Shown: in pieces, positions 56,201-64,000 of the stretch
Layout: the number at the start of each line of letters is the position of its first letter
How positions within the stretch are numbered: the stretch's first letter is position 1
Assembly (NCBI GenBank): GCA_002633005.1
Contig: NMRA01000010.1
Coordinates: 333,846 to 397,845, forward strand
Direction of reading: 5' to 3'
From: Phoronis australis
Lineage: Eukaryota; Animalia; Phoronida
DNA: 64,000 nucleotides
Translations under genes and position numbers: made by a program
Notes under the pieces: generated by a model
Database searches by the model: none
Told to the model about the DNA's origin: nothing
Seen by the model: only the letters and a program-made list of their open reading frames with translations

Positions 56201-59200
56201 TCTTTCCGATTATATTGAAGTATTTTTGCAAATCGAAAAAAAAATTGGTTGGACAGCCCTACTCTTACTGTTCATTTAGTACAGCTATCGATCGACTAGG
56301 CTAAAATTCAATGGATTGCAATGACAGGTAACGAGCATCAAGCTATAATTCAGCACATCCAAACACTGGTATGTTGCAAAAACTGTAATTTAAAAGAAAA
56401 GCAATCTAGTGGTTACTTCTAGCACTAATCCTGTCCGCCATTTTGAATGTTAGGTTGTCAATAGTAGCTCAAGGCCCACTAGCTTCTGGATAGCGACGGC
56501 ATGTACCGTTTCGAATACTCTCTAAAAGTTCATTCATCCTGGTTTACAACCATACTCGGGTCATAGGCTTTTGTTCTAGAAGCAGTCCATAGAAATGTGT
56601 TCGCTACAAACTACCGAATATGGCGACGCTCCACTCGTGGACTTCGCAAAGTATTCTCACTTGGGTCGCAGTCTTGTATCAGTGGAAAACATATGCAAAG
56701 ATACCCCAGCTCTTGGCATATTGCCACAGCCTCCAACTACACAACGGTCAAGCATTCTTGTTCAAATATTTACTCCAGTTTAAATCTAAAAATCCGTCTA
56801 CATTAAATGAAAAAAGTACTCCTCTTGGCGCGCAGCAATGGACACTGTGGACTCAGTCAGGCTGACTCTGCATTGATCAGGTCAGTCCCCAGTAACTAAA
56901 AATGTTTATGGCAACACACAAGACCATGTGCATATGTGTCACATTTCAGAGAATTAATGGGCAAAAATTGCATAATAAACCATTCTAACAAACACATATT
57001 AAGATTCCATTTGTGCAAGATAGTCCCAGTCAAGAGTACAAACCTATGGACAGACTCGGCAGTGATCGGGTCAGGAATTCCTGATGTGTTCCTGATGTGA
57101 CTTGTTTCCGAAGATAGCCGAATTTCAAAATTTTCTGTTCACAAAATTTTTGAGGTACAAAATAAAAAGAAATGTGGTTCATAAGCAAACTTTATTAATA
57201 GTCAACACATCAGTTTACATATTAGCTACAACTAAATAGCTGTGAACCAATCTCTTTAATTTGCAGTGCACATCATGTTCCTCTTGTGCTTTGAGCGTGT
57301 GCCTGGTATTAACTCTGTACGTAATATTCATGTCTTTCTGTCAGAGAGGAAGGACTTGCTTGAGGATCTTGCTCGACGTGATCAGAATCCAAAGCTCAAT
57401 GCACTGAAGTTGAAAATCCTGGAAGCCTATCAAGAGAATCCAGACAGTCATGGCATTGTATTTGTCAAAACGCGGGCTCTGTGTACGTCTATGGTTAGCT
57501 GGATGGAAGATACGGAAGAGTTGCGTCACTTAAAGCCTGCTAAAGTGACTGGAGCCAATGAAACTGCCAGTGCGAATGGTACATTAAACATTTTTTTTTC
57601 ATTGAAGTTGATAAAGGATGGACATCTAATTCACTGTTAATTTCACTACGATTGTGATTGTTTTTCAACAGTTCAAGAGTCTTTTGGTTCAGTAGTAAAA
57701 ATTTTTTGTTTGGAATGACTAATATTTTTCTAGGCGTATTCAGTGCCATTCCAAATGTGCTGTGGTAAAAAAGACATAAATTTACAAACAGTAACTTCTT
57801 GGAAGTAGATATGCAATTCTCTTGTATATGAAGATTTTGTCGTGCAAACAACCTTACTACGCAATTCATTTTACTAGACGTAAGAGTGGCATAGTTGCTG
57901 CCAGTTTCTCAGTGATCAGAACTGCTCTGCTTGCAATTTATTGTGACCGGTGTCCCATCCTCAAATTGGTCACAGCCATTTATCATGACACCCTTTAACC
58001 AAACACACTTTAGATTAATGACCCTCGGTTCAAATTCTTCTGTTGAGTATTGGCAGAATTTCTTATTTTACTTTATTCAGCATTTTGCAGCAATTTGATA
58101 CCAGACATAAAGGAGAAGACAATCATGTTAGAGTCGTCTTTAGTTATAACACAATTTTCTGGTTTTCCCAGACAATTTTGTAACTTAACTAAATTTCCCT
58201 GGGTTCTAATTAATTATGCATTGTCCTCTCTGGATATGATGATATATTGTGGACTAAAATTTAGCATTTTCAGCTGTTTGGTTTGTAAAACTGAATGCTT
58301 CATGTAAAGTTAAGTTTAGGAGAATTATTGCCTGAAATAGAGATGCATTAGGTTTAGGTTCTGAGATACAAGGTAATGAATGGTTTAGTAAATCTTTGAA
58401 CCATGGGAGATAATTGGCTTGCGAGTGCACGGAAACATTTAACAAAATATGAATGTACAAGATTGATATCTGGATTCAACCTCAATTAGAAACTGTTGTC
58501 ATGCGGAGTTGAAACCAACTGGAGGTTTTAGCAATGCGTGCAACTAGATAATTGGCGTTATTGAAAGTAATTCTGATATTTGAGAGGTCATAACTGGCAG
58601 GTCTGTATACAGATAATGTATACACACATATTACACTATGATGACTAATGCATATGACAACAGTGCACACCAGCTATAGTTTTCAAAATGGATATTCTTA
58701 AAGAACTTATTGTTATTAGCATGATACATGATTTTTGTGGTTTCTGTTTTGGATTTTTCAGGAATGACACAGAGACAACAGGTGGATACCCTTAATTACT
58801 TCAAAGATGGCAAACATAAAATCATCATCGCCACATCTGTGGCAGAGGAGGGTCTGGACATTAGAAGCTGTAACCTGGTCATACGTTACCAACATGTGAC
58901 CAATGAGATCGCGATGGTACAGGCCAGAGGTCAGTTAGTACTAATTACCTTAATTTCCAGGAATGAGTGCAGTTGTCAACTTTGAACACAATATGACAGA
59001 CACGCAGAATTTCGTTTTCTCAATTTTTTAATGTGTTTGTTTTTTGAAGTGGGTTTGTTCTTAACAGGAAGCATGTTACACGCCATCAAGTTTAGCATGA
59101 AACGTTCAAAAATTGAAAATTGTCATTCTACTGCTTTTGTTCAAAATTGGAGAATTTTCAGTTTTGGAACTAAGTAAGTCAAAAATGCATGAAAAACTTC

Positions 59201-62200
59201 AATTCAGAACATGAAATTCATGTTTTACTCCAATAATGCTTTTTGGTACTGATGCTTCTCAAATTCAATGTCGCATTTCTTTAAACAGTTTACATTTTAT
59301 TGTTAATCCTTAATGGAAACTTATGTGAATAAAAGTAATCCTAAGGTGGATACTTGTCATGAAAAGGAAGTGATCTTTTGCACCCACATACCCACCTCAT
59401 TTTGCACCCACATACCCACCTCATTTTGCTCCCACATACCCACCTCATTTTGCTCCCACATACCCACCTCATTTTGCACCCACATACCCACCTCATCTTG
59501 CACCCACATACCCACCTCATTTTGCTCCCACATACCCACCTCATCTTGCACACCCAAAACTCTTAATATGTAAAAGTAATATAATTTTGCAGCTTACGTA
59601 TTTCGTTCACGAAAACAACAACGGATTTAAAACTTGACATGTTTCGGTGTCATTTATTAAACACCATCCTCAGAAGTCATAATACAGTGGCCACCTAGCT
59701 AGGCCCAGCAACAAGTAATGAAGCACAGATACAGTCAGTTACGTATTTCGCATAAGACTACTTGGTGAGAATTTCTTGCCTTGTCTATTTCACACACAGT
59801 CAGTTTAATTGGCACTTTGGAAAATGTCAAGGTATACAGCTGTAGTCCCGTCATTATTTTTAGTAATACACACTTTGTAACTGATGTTAATAAGGTCTAA
59901 ACTTTATATATTCACCATTAATTCATTCCTGTTGGATATCTCCTGCTTTTGTAAACATGATGTGAAAAGGTGACCTGGACGAGTGTTTTGTCACAAAGAG
60001 TTATGTGCTCAAAAGAGTGTTTCACCTGACTGGTAGGGTAAAAGTATTCCTATATTGGAACAGGATAAAGTAAACTAGGTCATGTTGGCAACCCATAGTC
60101 TACGGTTGAGCAAAGCAAAATACTTCGGGAACACTATTGTCTTGAAAAAAGTCTTTAAACATGCAGTAAACAGCACTCAGAAATTTCAGTCCTTGTCATT
60201 TGGCAAGTTCAGACAGCTATATTTGGGAAACAATTCAATGTTCTTTTAAAACAAGATGGAGAGTCCTTTACAAGTAGCTTAACAACATGGCATAGACTTC
60301 AAATGAACAACTGATATTTTTTGCACAAAGACGCTGAAGTTAAGTTGGGTAAGGGATTTTTGAAAAGACATTACTTGAAAATGACAGAACACTTTTAGAA
60401 TTGCTGGTCTATTTTGTGATTTATTTGAAAACATTTGAGGTTAATATGTGAATTATTCTTTTTCTTTAATTAAAGATAAACGTTTTCACAATTTTAAAGG
60501 TACACTATATCATAAAAATACTAAATTTTGTTTAATGAAAAATACACACTGTACAGGTTTTCATTTAGACAGTATAAATAAGTTCAATGTTTGCTACCAA
60601 ACAAGCTTTTGTTGCTGCTAATAAGAAGTAGAATTTACAAGTTTCATGCAAAAATTATTTTGATCTCCATCTTGTTTTTAGGAAAAACAAAGTCAGTCAT
60701 GTGACTCAGAATGTGCCCGAGTACATTAATATCATTTTCGTGTTCTTGTGATTAACAAAAAGATTTTTAAAAAGGACATCTTGACTGAAAGTTAGTGGTT
60801 TGAAGAAATCTTTCATTTTGGTAACAAAGGTCATTACTTTAATGCGATTAGGAAGCTGATGGCAGCAGTACATGTACATGTCTCTCGATCTGTTGTCAGG
60901 TAGAGCCAGGATGGAATACAGTCAGTATGTTGTGATGGTTGAAGTACATGTGAAATGATCTGTTATCAGGTAGAGCCAGGGCAGAATGCAGCCAATATCT
61001 GGTGATTGCCGAAGCAGGTAGTGGAGTGGGGCAGAAGGAGTCTATCAACATCATCCGAGAGGCAATGATGCACAACGCACTTGTTGAAGTGAGCAAGATT
61101 CCACAGCAGGAGTTTAAGGAAAAGAAAGAGAAGTAAGTCGGAGGTTTTTCATCTCTACAATGACACAAAGGCAATGAAACAACTATTGAGGTTCTTTAGG
61201 ACCTAAGGGGAGACAGTGTGACTTAGTGGGATAAGTGACTGCTTCCTCTACTCAAGGTCATGGGTTCGAATCCCTGACTGGGGCACACTCTTAGACCCTT
61301 GGGTCTGGTCTCTAGCATTGCAGCACCCTTTTAACTGTATATTATTAAGACATAAAAATGGTTCCAGGCGATCAGTACAATGGGCCGACCTGAGTGGCCT
61401 GCGTATGACTGGTACACTGTGTACCAAACTGTCTGCAATTATTTTTATATGTACGACCCTATAAAAATACCACATTTTGGCTCACTTCGGAACATCTTAT
61501 CTCAGAAATGGCTATGGATGTATGAAACTTTTAGATTCTACACTTCGTGACTGTATTCTGAAGCGTTTAAGAAATATTCCACTATTTCATTAAGGGCTGT
61601 TCCAGTAAAATCTGTATGGGAGGGGGGAAATCACCTTTTTTCGCACCCACCACCCATATTTTTCATTTATGTCTTCAGCCTACCACCCGTAATTTTTTAT
61701 AAGTTTGAAATGCAACCACCCGTAATTTTTTTTTGTTCTTGTGGTTGACTGCACAGGCGCTTGAGTTTATCTGTCCCTCCATCACCACTAACGTCATTCA
61801 TTACTAAGAAAACATATGTTTCTTATATATGGTAATTAGCCATCGAGAAATTCGAGCACCTGTGGTTAAATGGTGTTATGGGCATGCCGATGAGGAGATC
61901 GTAGGGAGTGAAAAAGTCGGAGCTTTTTGCAAGTTGCATTTTTGTTTCAGTTTTTGATTCTGTGCGGATTGTTTATAAAATTTACTAAAATTACCCACCA
62001 TCAAACATTTATGGCCCAATGAAACAACAACGACCTGTAAATTTTCATTTTTTTCAAGTACGACCACCAGCCATTTTGAATTTAAATCACGCAACCACCC
62101 ATAAATTTTTATTTCAGTTGCCTTCCCCCCCACACACATTTTGCTGGAACAGCCCTAAGAGCTATCAAAAATAGGACTCGTGATTTAAAAAAAAATTGCT

Positions 62201-63606
62201 TTCCGAAAACGAAGTGACACTTTAGCAAAAGTGCAACATCATTTTTTATATCTTGAGCATTCGTCATGTTATGGATACCGATGTTTTGTTATCAATGTAC
62301 CTTAATTCCTTTTGCTAAATTTTACTTAAAAGACATGGTCACGTGACCCAATTAATGGCAAAATAGCCAAAAACCAAATTATACACTCAAGCTTTCTACT
62401 TTCAGAAAATATATTCAATCATGGTTTTGTAGATATTTAGCTGGTCAATAAGTTGTGTCAATTATATTATCCATTAATCAAACCACATCAAGTTAGCCAG
62501 TTGGTTTTCAAATAAAAGTTAACAAAATTAATTTTCTTCTCTGACTTTTAAAATGACAAAATATTGGAGCACTGTTTTGACAGTTTTTTTAAGAATTTAC
62601 AGATAATTCAATGGACAATTTCTGCTCCTCGTTTTCCTTCCCTCATGTTGTTTTCTGAGCTGGTCATTAACCATAGGTCATGTGATTTTCATGGATGTTG
62701 ACAGTTTTGTAATAAAGAGACAACAATGCTTTCCCAATTTTGGACAGGTTAGACATTTTCTGCACCATTTGATGGCCATTTTTATGATACAAAAACACCA
62801 TTAGGAGTGCACCATTTGCGTTGCAGTTGTTGGCGCATTTCAGTGCTCCACATTGCTGTTGTTTCATAAGAGATATACTGTACTGTACCAGAAAATGCGA
62901 TCCCCTATCCGAGTACTGTAACCATGGCTACCAACAGACAATATTTTGATGAATTGTGGGCATTCACAATAATGTTAGAAACCCTTGAAGATTGAAAAAA
63001 AGTGCAGTGTTTGGCAATTATTTTTGTCTGAAATTGATGAGATTTTACGTTTCCAGAAAATGAAAAAGTGTTATTCTATCGATTTTTATACAAGATATTT
63101 CTGTTGGCACTTCGTTTAGATTTGAGATATTTTTCAGATATCAACAGGAAATGAAAATTGACCGTGAAATCGATGCAAAGATAATGAGCAGCAAGAGGCG
63201 AGCAAATGGAAAGAAAGTTTACCAGTTTCGTTGCGGCAAGTGTCACGAATTTGCCTGCATGTCGACAGATTTTCGAGTGTTGCAAGACTCCCACCACATG
63301 GTACCTGACGAGGACTTTATGCAACGAATTCAATTAGTAGGTCATCCAAAACCAGTGGTGTATGGAGAAATAAATAAAATTGGAAAGATCTTTTGCAAAA
63401 AGTGCGCATACGATTGGGGAATTCAAATTCGGTACAAGCAAGTGCTTTTCCCAGTTTTAAAAATAACCAGTTTTGCTTTGCTCGACGAGTATGATAATGC
63501 ATTAGGCCACATAAAAAAATGGAAAGATTCACCATTTTCTGTAGTTCCTTTTGGCCAAGAGGACTTACAGAAAAAAATCACCAATTTTGCAAACGCCATC
63601 AATTGA
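11150..63606 (+). CDS. DDX58: RIG-I-like receptor gene (DDX58/IFIH1 family: 2xCARD, DECH helicase, pincer, RLR CTD); 17 coding exons, span includes introns; symbol means 'DDX58-like', orthology unresolved
   Basis: Hand-spliced exons give, in order: Q motif LRGYQ, motif I APTGSGKT, Ia [12 protein letters not shown], Ib [50 protein letters not shown], then a CTD with CGKC...CKKC, DWGI and KKWKD. Exon 2-17 junctions are GT-AG with matching phases. Confidence 0.95.
11560..12101. mobile_element. MITE-like element of ~540 bp with ~20-bp TIRs, copy 1
   Basis: Begins cattacggcattttcccgtt and ends aacgggaaaacgctgtcatg. Homologous in inverted orientation to 12247-12762. Confidence 0.7.
12247..12762. 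mobile_element. Same MITE family, copy 2, in inverted orientation
   Basis: Reverse-complement match along its length, e.g. ctgactgggctgtgctgtt (~11744) versus aacagcacagcccagtcag (~12583). Confidence 0.7.
12966..13100 (+). CDS. RLR exon 2, CARD1 ([44 protein letters not shown])
   Basis: Acceptor tttcaacag|ct, donor a|gtaatg, phases 1/1. CARD-like W-x-x-x-L-x-x-x-L helix. Confidence 0.85.
13413..13581 (+). CDS. RLR exon 3, CARD1/CARD2 junction ([55 protein letters not shown])
   Basis: Acceptor ttttgtag|at, donor ag|gtaaac, phases 1/2, open frame. Not in the ORF track. Confidence 0.85.
16355..16530 (+). CDS. RLR exon 4, CARD2 ([50 protein letters not shown]...)
   Basis: Acceptor tttcag|a, donor t|gtgaga, phases 2/1. 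CARD signature EEI...G...A..LL...WF..F...L....Y..LA. Confidence 0.85.
17178..17381 (+). CDS. RLR exon 5, acidic Ser-rich linker; the N at 17270 is an assembly overlap (tatgtt-N-tatgtt)
   Basis: Acceptor ctttcag|gg, donor ggg|gtaggc. Collapsing the 6-bp overlap gives one open frame, and its phases (1/0) bridge exons 4 and 6 exactly. Confidence 0.7.
19129..19402 (+). CDS. RLR exon 6, linker with an internal 29-aa tandem duplication
   Basis: Acceptor ttccag|gca, donor g|gtgagt, phases 0/1. Lies within ORF 19120-19521. Confidence 0.8.
19783..19931 (+). CDS. RLR exon 7, Q motif and Walker A ([39 protein letters not shown])
   Basis: Acceptor cacctag|at, donor aag|gtaggg, phases 1/0. Confidence 0.95.
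21498..21636 (+). CDS. RLR exon 8, motif Ia ([46 protein letters not shown])
   Basis: Acceptor tttcag|gaa, donor c|gtaagt, phases 0/1. Confidence 0.93.
22919..23142 (+). CDS. RLR exon 9, motifs Ib and II ([10 protein letters not shown]...[20 protein letters not shown])
   Basis: Acceptor ttgcag|ca, donor cag|gtatgt, phases 1/0. Confidence 0.95.
23330..23625. repeat. Dispersed repeat rich in ttgcagcaag/cttgc motifs; related stretch at ~13600-13800
   Basis: Recurrent gcagcaag, tgcaagc and cttgctgcaa motifs at both sites. Boundaries are approximate. Confidence 0.4.
24515..24683 (+). CDS. RLR exon 10, motif III ([31 protein letters not shown]...)
   Basis: Acceptor taacag|att, donor g|gtactg, phases 0/1. 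Confidence 0.95.
28737..30466. mobile_element. Non-autonomous TIR element (hAT-like CAG termini) carrying a nested aataagcgccc-type MITE (~28932-30000)
   Basis: Perfect 11-bp TIR CAGGGATATAC/GTATATCCCTG, flanked by the direct repeat ATATGG, with (c)tcgcccag subterminal motifs at both ends. A truncated duplicate starts at 26910. Confidence 0.7.
30543..31475. mobile_element. Non-autonomous element with ~65-bp TIRs, a terminal ~55-bp-stem hairpin (30557-30680) and an internal tRNA-like segment (~31232-31302)
   Basis: tggcgaagtcgttatccc...ttttggagaattatcgc is inverted at 31408-31467. A-box-like tgtagtggta and B-box ggttcaaatcc are present. Confidence 0.7.
31631..31940. mobile_element. Second copy of the GC-rich-ended non-autonomous element
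   Basis: ggcggatttagggggg ... ctaggtccgccactg. Related ends also occur at 43188-43336 and 11222-11268. Confidence 0.7.
32049..32144 (+). CDS. RLR exon 11, start of HEL2i ([31 protein letters not shown])
   Basis: Acceptor cttcag|ag, donor g|gtaagt, phases 1/1. R-x-x-x-D-x-F...IM..IE pattern of RLRs. Confidence 0.85.
32205..32427 (-). mobile_element. tRNA-derived SINE, copy A
   Basis: Minus strand reads gcagcgtggcctagt...gaggtcatggctttgagtccc...ctagaccctt...gatcagtgcaatgggcc...ctggtacaac, homologous to 61208-61430. Confidence 0.7.
32584..32753 (+). CDS. RLR exon 12, HEL2i (...[18 protein letters not shown]...VLACIGDLQ)
   Basis: Acceptor tttcag|gc, donor caa|gtaagt, phases 1/0. G-x-x-x-Y-x-Q-W motif (RIG-I GTQKYEQW). 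Confidence 0.9.
33978..34116 (+). CDS. RLR exon 13, HEL2i ([21 protein letters not shown]...FDETDQWL)
   Basis: Acceptor tttcag|tgc, donor g|gtaggt, phases 0/1. YNxAL...R..DA..Y motif. Confidence 0.92.
34445..34488. other. Scaffold gap (44 N)
   Basis: Run of Ns between RLR exon 13 and the ASS1 exons. Confidence 0.99.
34531..34615 (-). CDS. ASS1: Argininosuccinate synthase, next internal exon ([29 protein letters not shown])
   Basis: Matches the recalled ASS1 sequence [30 protein letters not shown]. Acceptor ttcccag|gt, donor gg|gtaatg; phase 1 fits the 36358-36476 exon. Not in the ORF track. Confidence 0.85.
36358..36476 (-). CDS. ASS1: Argininosuccinate synthase internal exon ([39 protein letters not shown]); orphan within this window
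   Basis: Strong match to the recalled ASS1 sequence [42 protein letters not shown]. Minus-strand acceptor ccattag|t and donor g|gtactg. Confidence 0.88.
36590..53709. mobile_element. ~17-kb foldback-like DNA element with long TIRs; no intact transposase recognised; continuity uncertain (Ns at 44612 and 51504)
   Basis: 36590-~36990 is a high-identity reverse complement of ~53290-53709 (gaagc(a/g)cttcccatttaaaaagggactttccc...), with a degenerate extension to ~37530/~52960. No convincing TSD (only TT/TT). Confidence 0.75.
46700..52600. repeat. Diverged tandem array of ~800-bp units rich in CGTAATATTACG palindromes
   Basis: The anchor tataaactacaagcaacatg and variants occur at about 46871, 47701, 48487, 49291, 50093, 50882 and 51687 (the last lies in the assembly-overlap copy). 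Confidence 0.9.
53736..54233. mobile_element. Degenerate MITE (taccgta ends, aataagcg motifs), possibly Tc1/mariner-pogo-like
   Basis: taccgtaa at the left end and gccgta at the right; repeated aataag(c/a)g motifs as in 28932-30000. Confidence 0.35.
57345..57578 (+). CDS. RLR exon 14, HEL2 motif IV (QNPKLNALK...[10 protein letters not shown])
   Basis: Acceptor ctgtcag|ag, donor g|gtacat, phases 1/1. Confidence 0.95.
58762..58929 (+). CDS. RLR exon 15, motifs IVa, V and VI (MTQRQQ...[11 protein letters not shown]...[11 protein letters not shown])
   Basis: Acceptor ttttcag|ga, donor g|gtcagt, phases 1/1. Confidence 0.96.
59376..59551. repeat. 24-bp minisatellite (ttttgcacccacatacccacctca), ~7 copies
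   Basis: Directly visible; it explains the four repetitive spurious ORFs at 59313-59573. Confidence 0.95.
60970..61132 (+). CDS. RLR exon 16, end of motif VI and pincer ([14 protein letters not shown]...[16 protein letters not shown])
   Basis: Acceptor tatcag|gt, donor aa|gtaagt, phases 1/2. E-x-x-N-x-x-R-E-x-M-M pincer motif. Confidence 0.93.
61208..61430 (+). mobile_element. tRNA-derived SINE, copy B
   Basis: A-box-like gtgacttagtgg and B-box ggttcgaatcc; body shared with 32205-32427. Confidence 0.72.
61594..62155. mobile_element. PIF/Harbinger-type MITE
   Basis: TIR GGGCTGTTCCAG/CTGGAACAGCCC with a TAA target-site duplication on both sides; internal caccaccc/caaccaccc motifs. Confidence 0.8.
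63138..63606 (+). CDS. RLR exon 17, RIG-I-type C-terminal regulatory domain up to the stop codon
   Basis: Acceptor ttttcag|a in phase 2. Contains CGKC, HPKP, KIFCKKC, DWGI, PVLKI and KKWKD; TGA at 63604-63606. Confidence 0.96.
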
Positions 63607-64000
63607 TACTTCATTAGCAATTCGGAATTTCCTTTTATCATGGTACTATTTTCGCTCATTGAGACAAGGTAGTAATTATATTTTTATCCACAATGTTGCT
63701 AGGAATATTTTGACCTAATATCCCATCATCAATGTGTTCTAACGAGACACAGCCATCATACATACCAGCGTTATTAAAATTTTCTCATTTTCCCAAATTT
63801 AACTGCTGCAGTATTTGTCTCCTGTACTCATGTTGTATGTTTTCATCTTTGGGTGGAGTCACAATTACATTCTATACAGTAGTTGCAGCTAATGTGTTTT
63901 TTATCGGGTCGCTTCTAAGATGAGGAAATTTTAATGAAGTTGACACAACTTTGTGAACTATCAGATTGCATTCATTCTTTTTAATGGAAGAGGTTACATT

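Noticed and set aside
53710-57344. Upstream ASS1 exons (the PWSMDxNLMHIS region) expected beyond the right TIR
   Set aside because: Searched the minus strand by eye and found none, so a complete nested ASS1 gene is not supported.
59313-59573. Repetitive His/Cys/Trp-rich ORFs
   Set aside because: Translations of an intronic 24-bp minisatellite, open in several frames on both strands.

Overview
Eukaryotic (invertebrate-type, AT-rich, intron- and repeat-rich) genomic DNA, not a prokaryotic window. Most of it (about 11150-63606, + strand) is one multi-exon RIG-I-like receptor gene with 2 CARDs, a long acidic linker, a DECH-box SF2 helicase, a pincer and a Zn-binding CTD. I assembled 17 coding exons by hand. 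All junctions from exon 2 onward are GT-AG and phase-compatible; exons 2-17 total 3071 nt, giving over 1040 aa with exon 1, whose 3' end is lost at the N at 11221. The 23-kb intron 13 holds two antisense argininosuccinate synthase (ASS1) exons next to a 44-N gap, and a ~17-kb foldback-like element with ~400-bp terminal inverted repeats and a ~800-bp-period subterminal array. Other notable structures are a ~173-bp hairpin-bearing satellite upstream of the start codon, kappaB/GAS/IRF-like motifs at the 5' end, an inverted MITE pair in intron 1, an 87-bp coding duplication in the linker, and a duplicated 3' splice site at helicase motif VI that would give a CTD-less or NMD isoform. Several near-identical tandem duplications flanking single Ns look like assembly (haplotype overlap) artefacts. 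Most ORFs in the supplied track are spurious.
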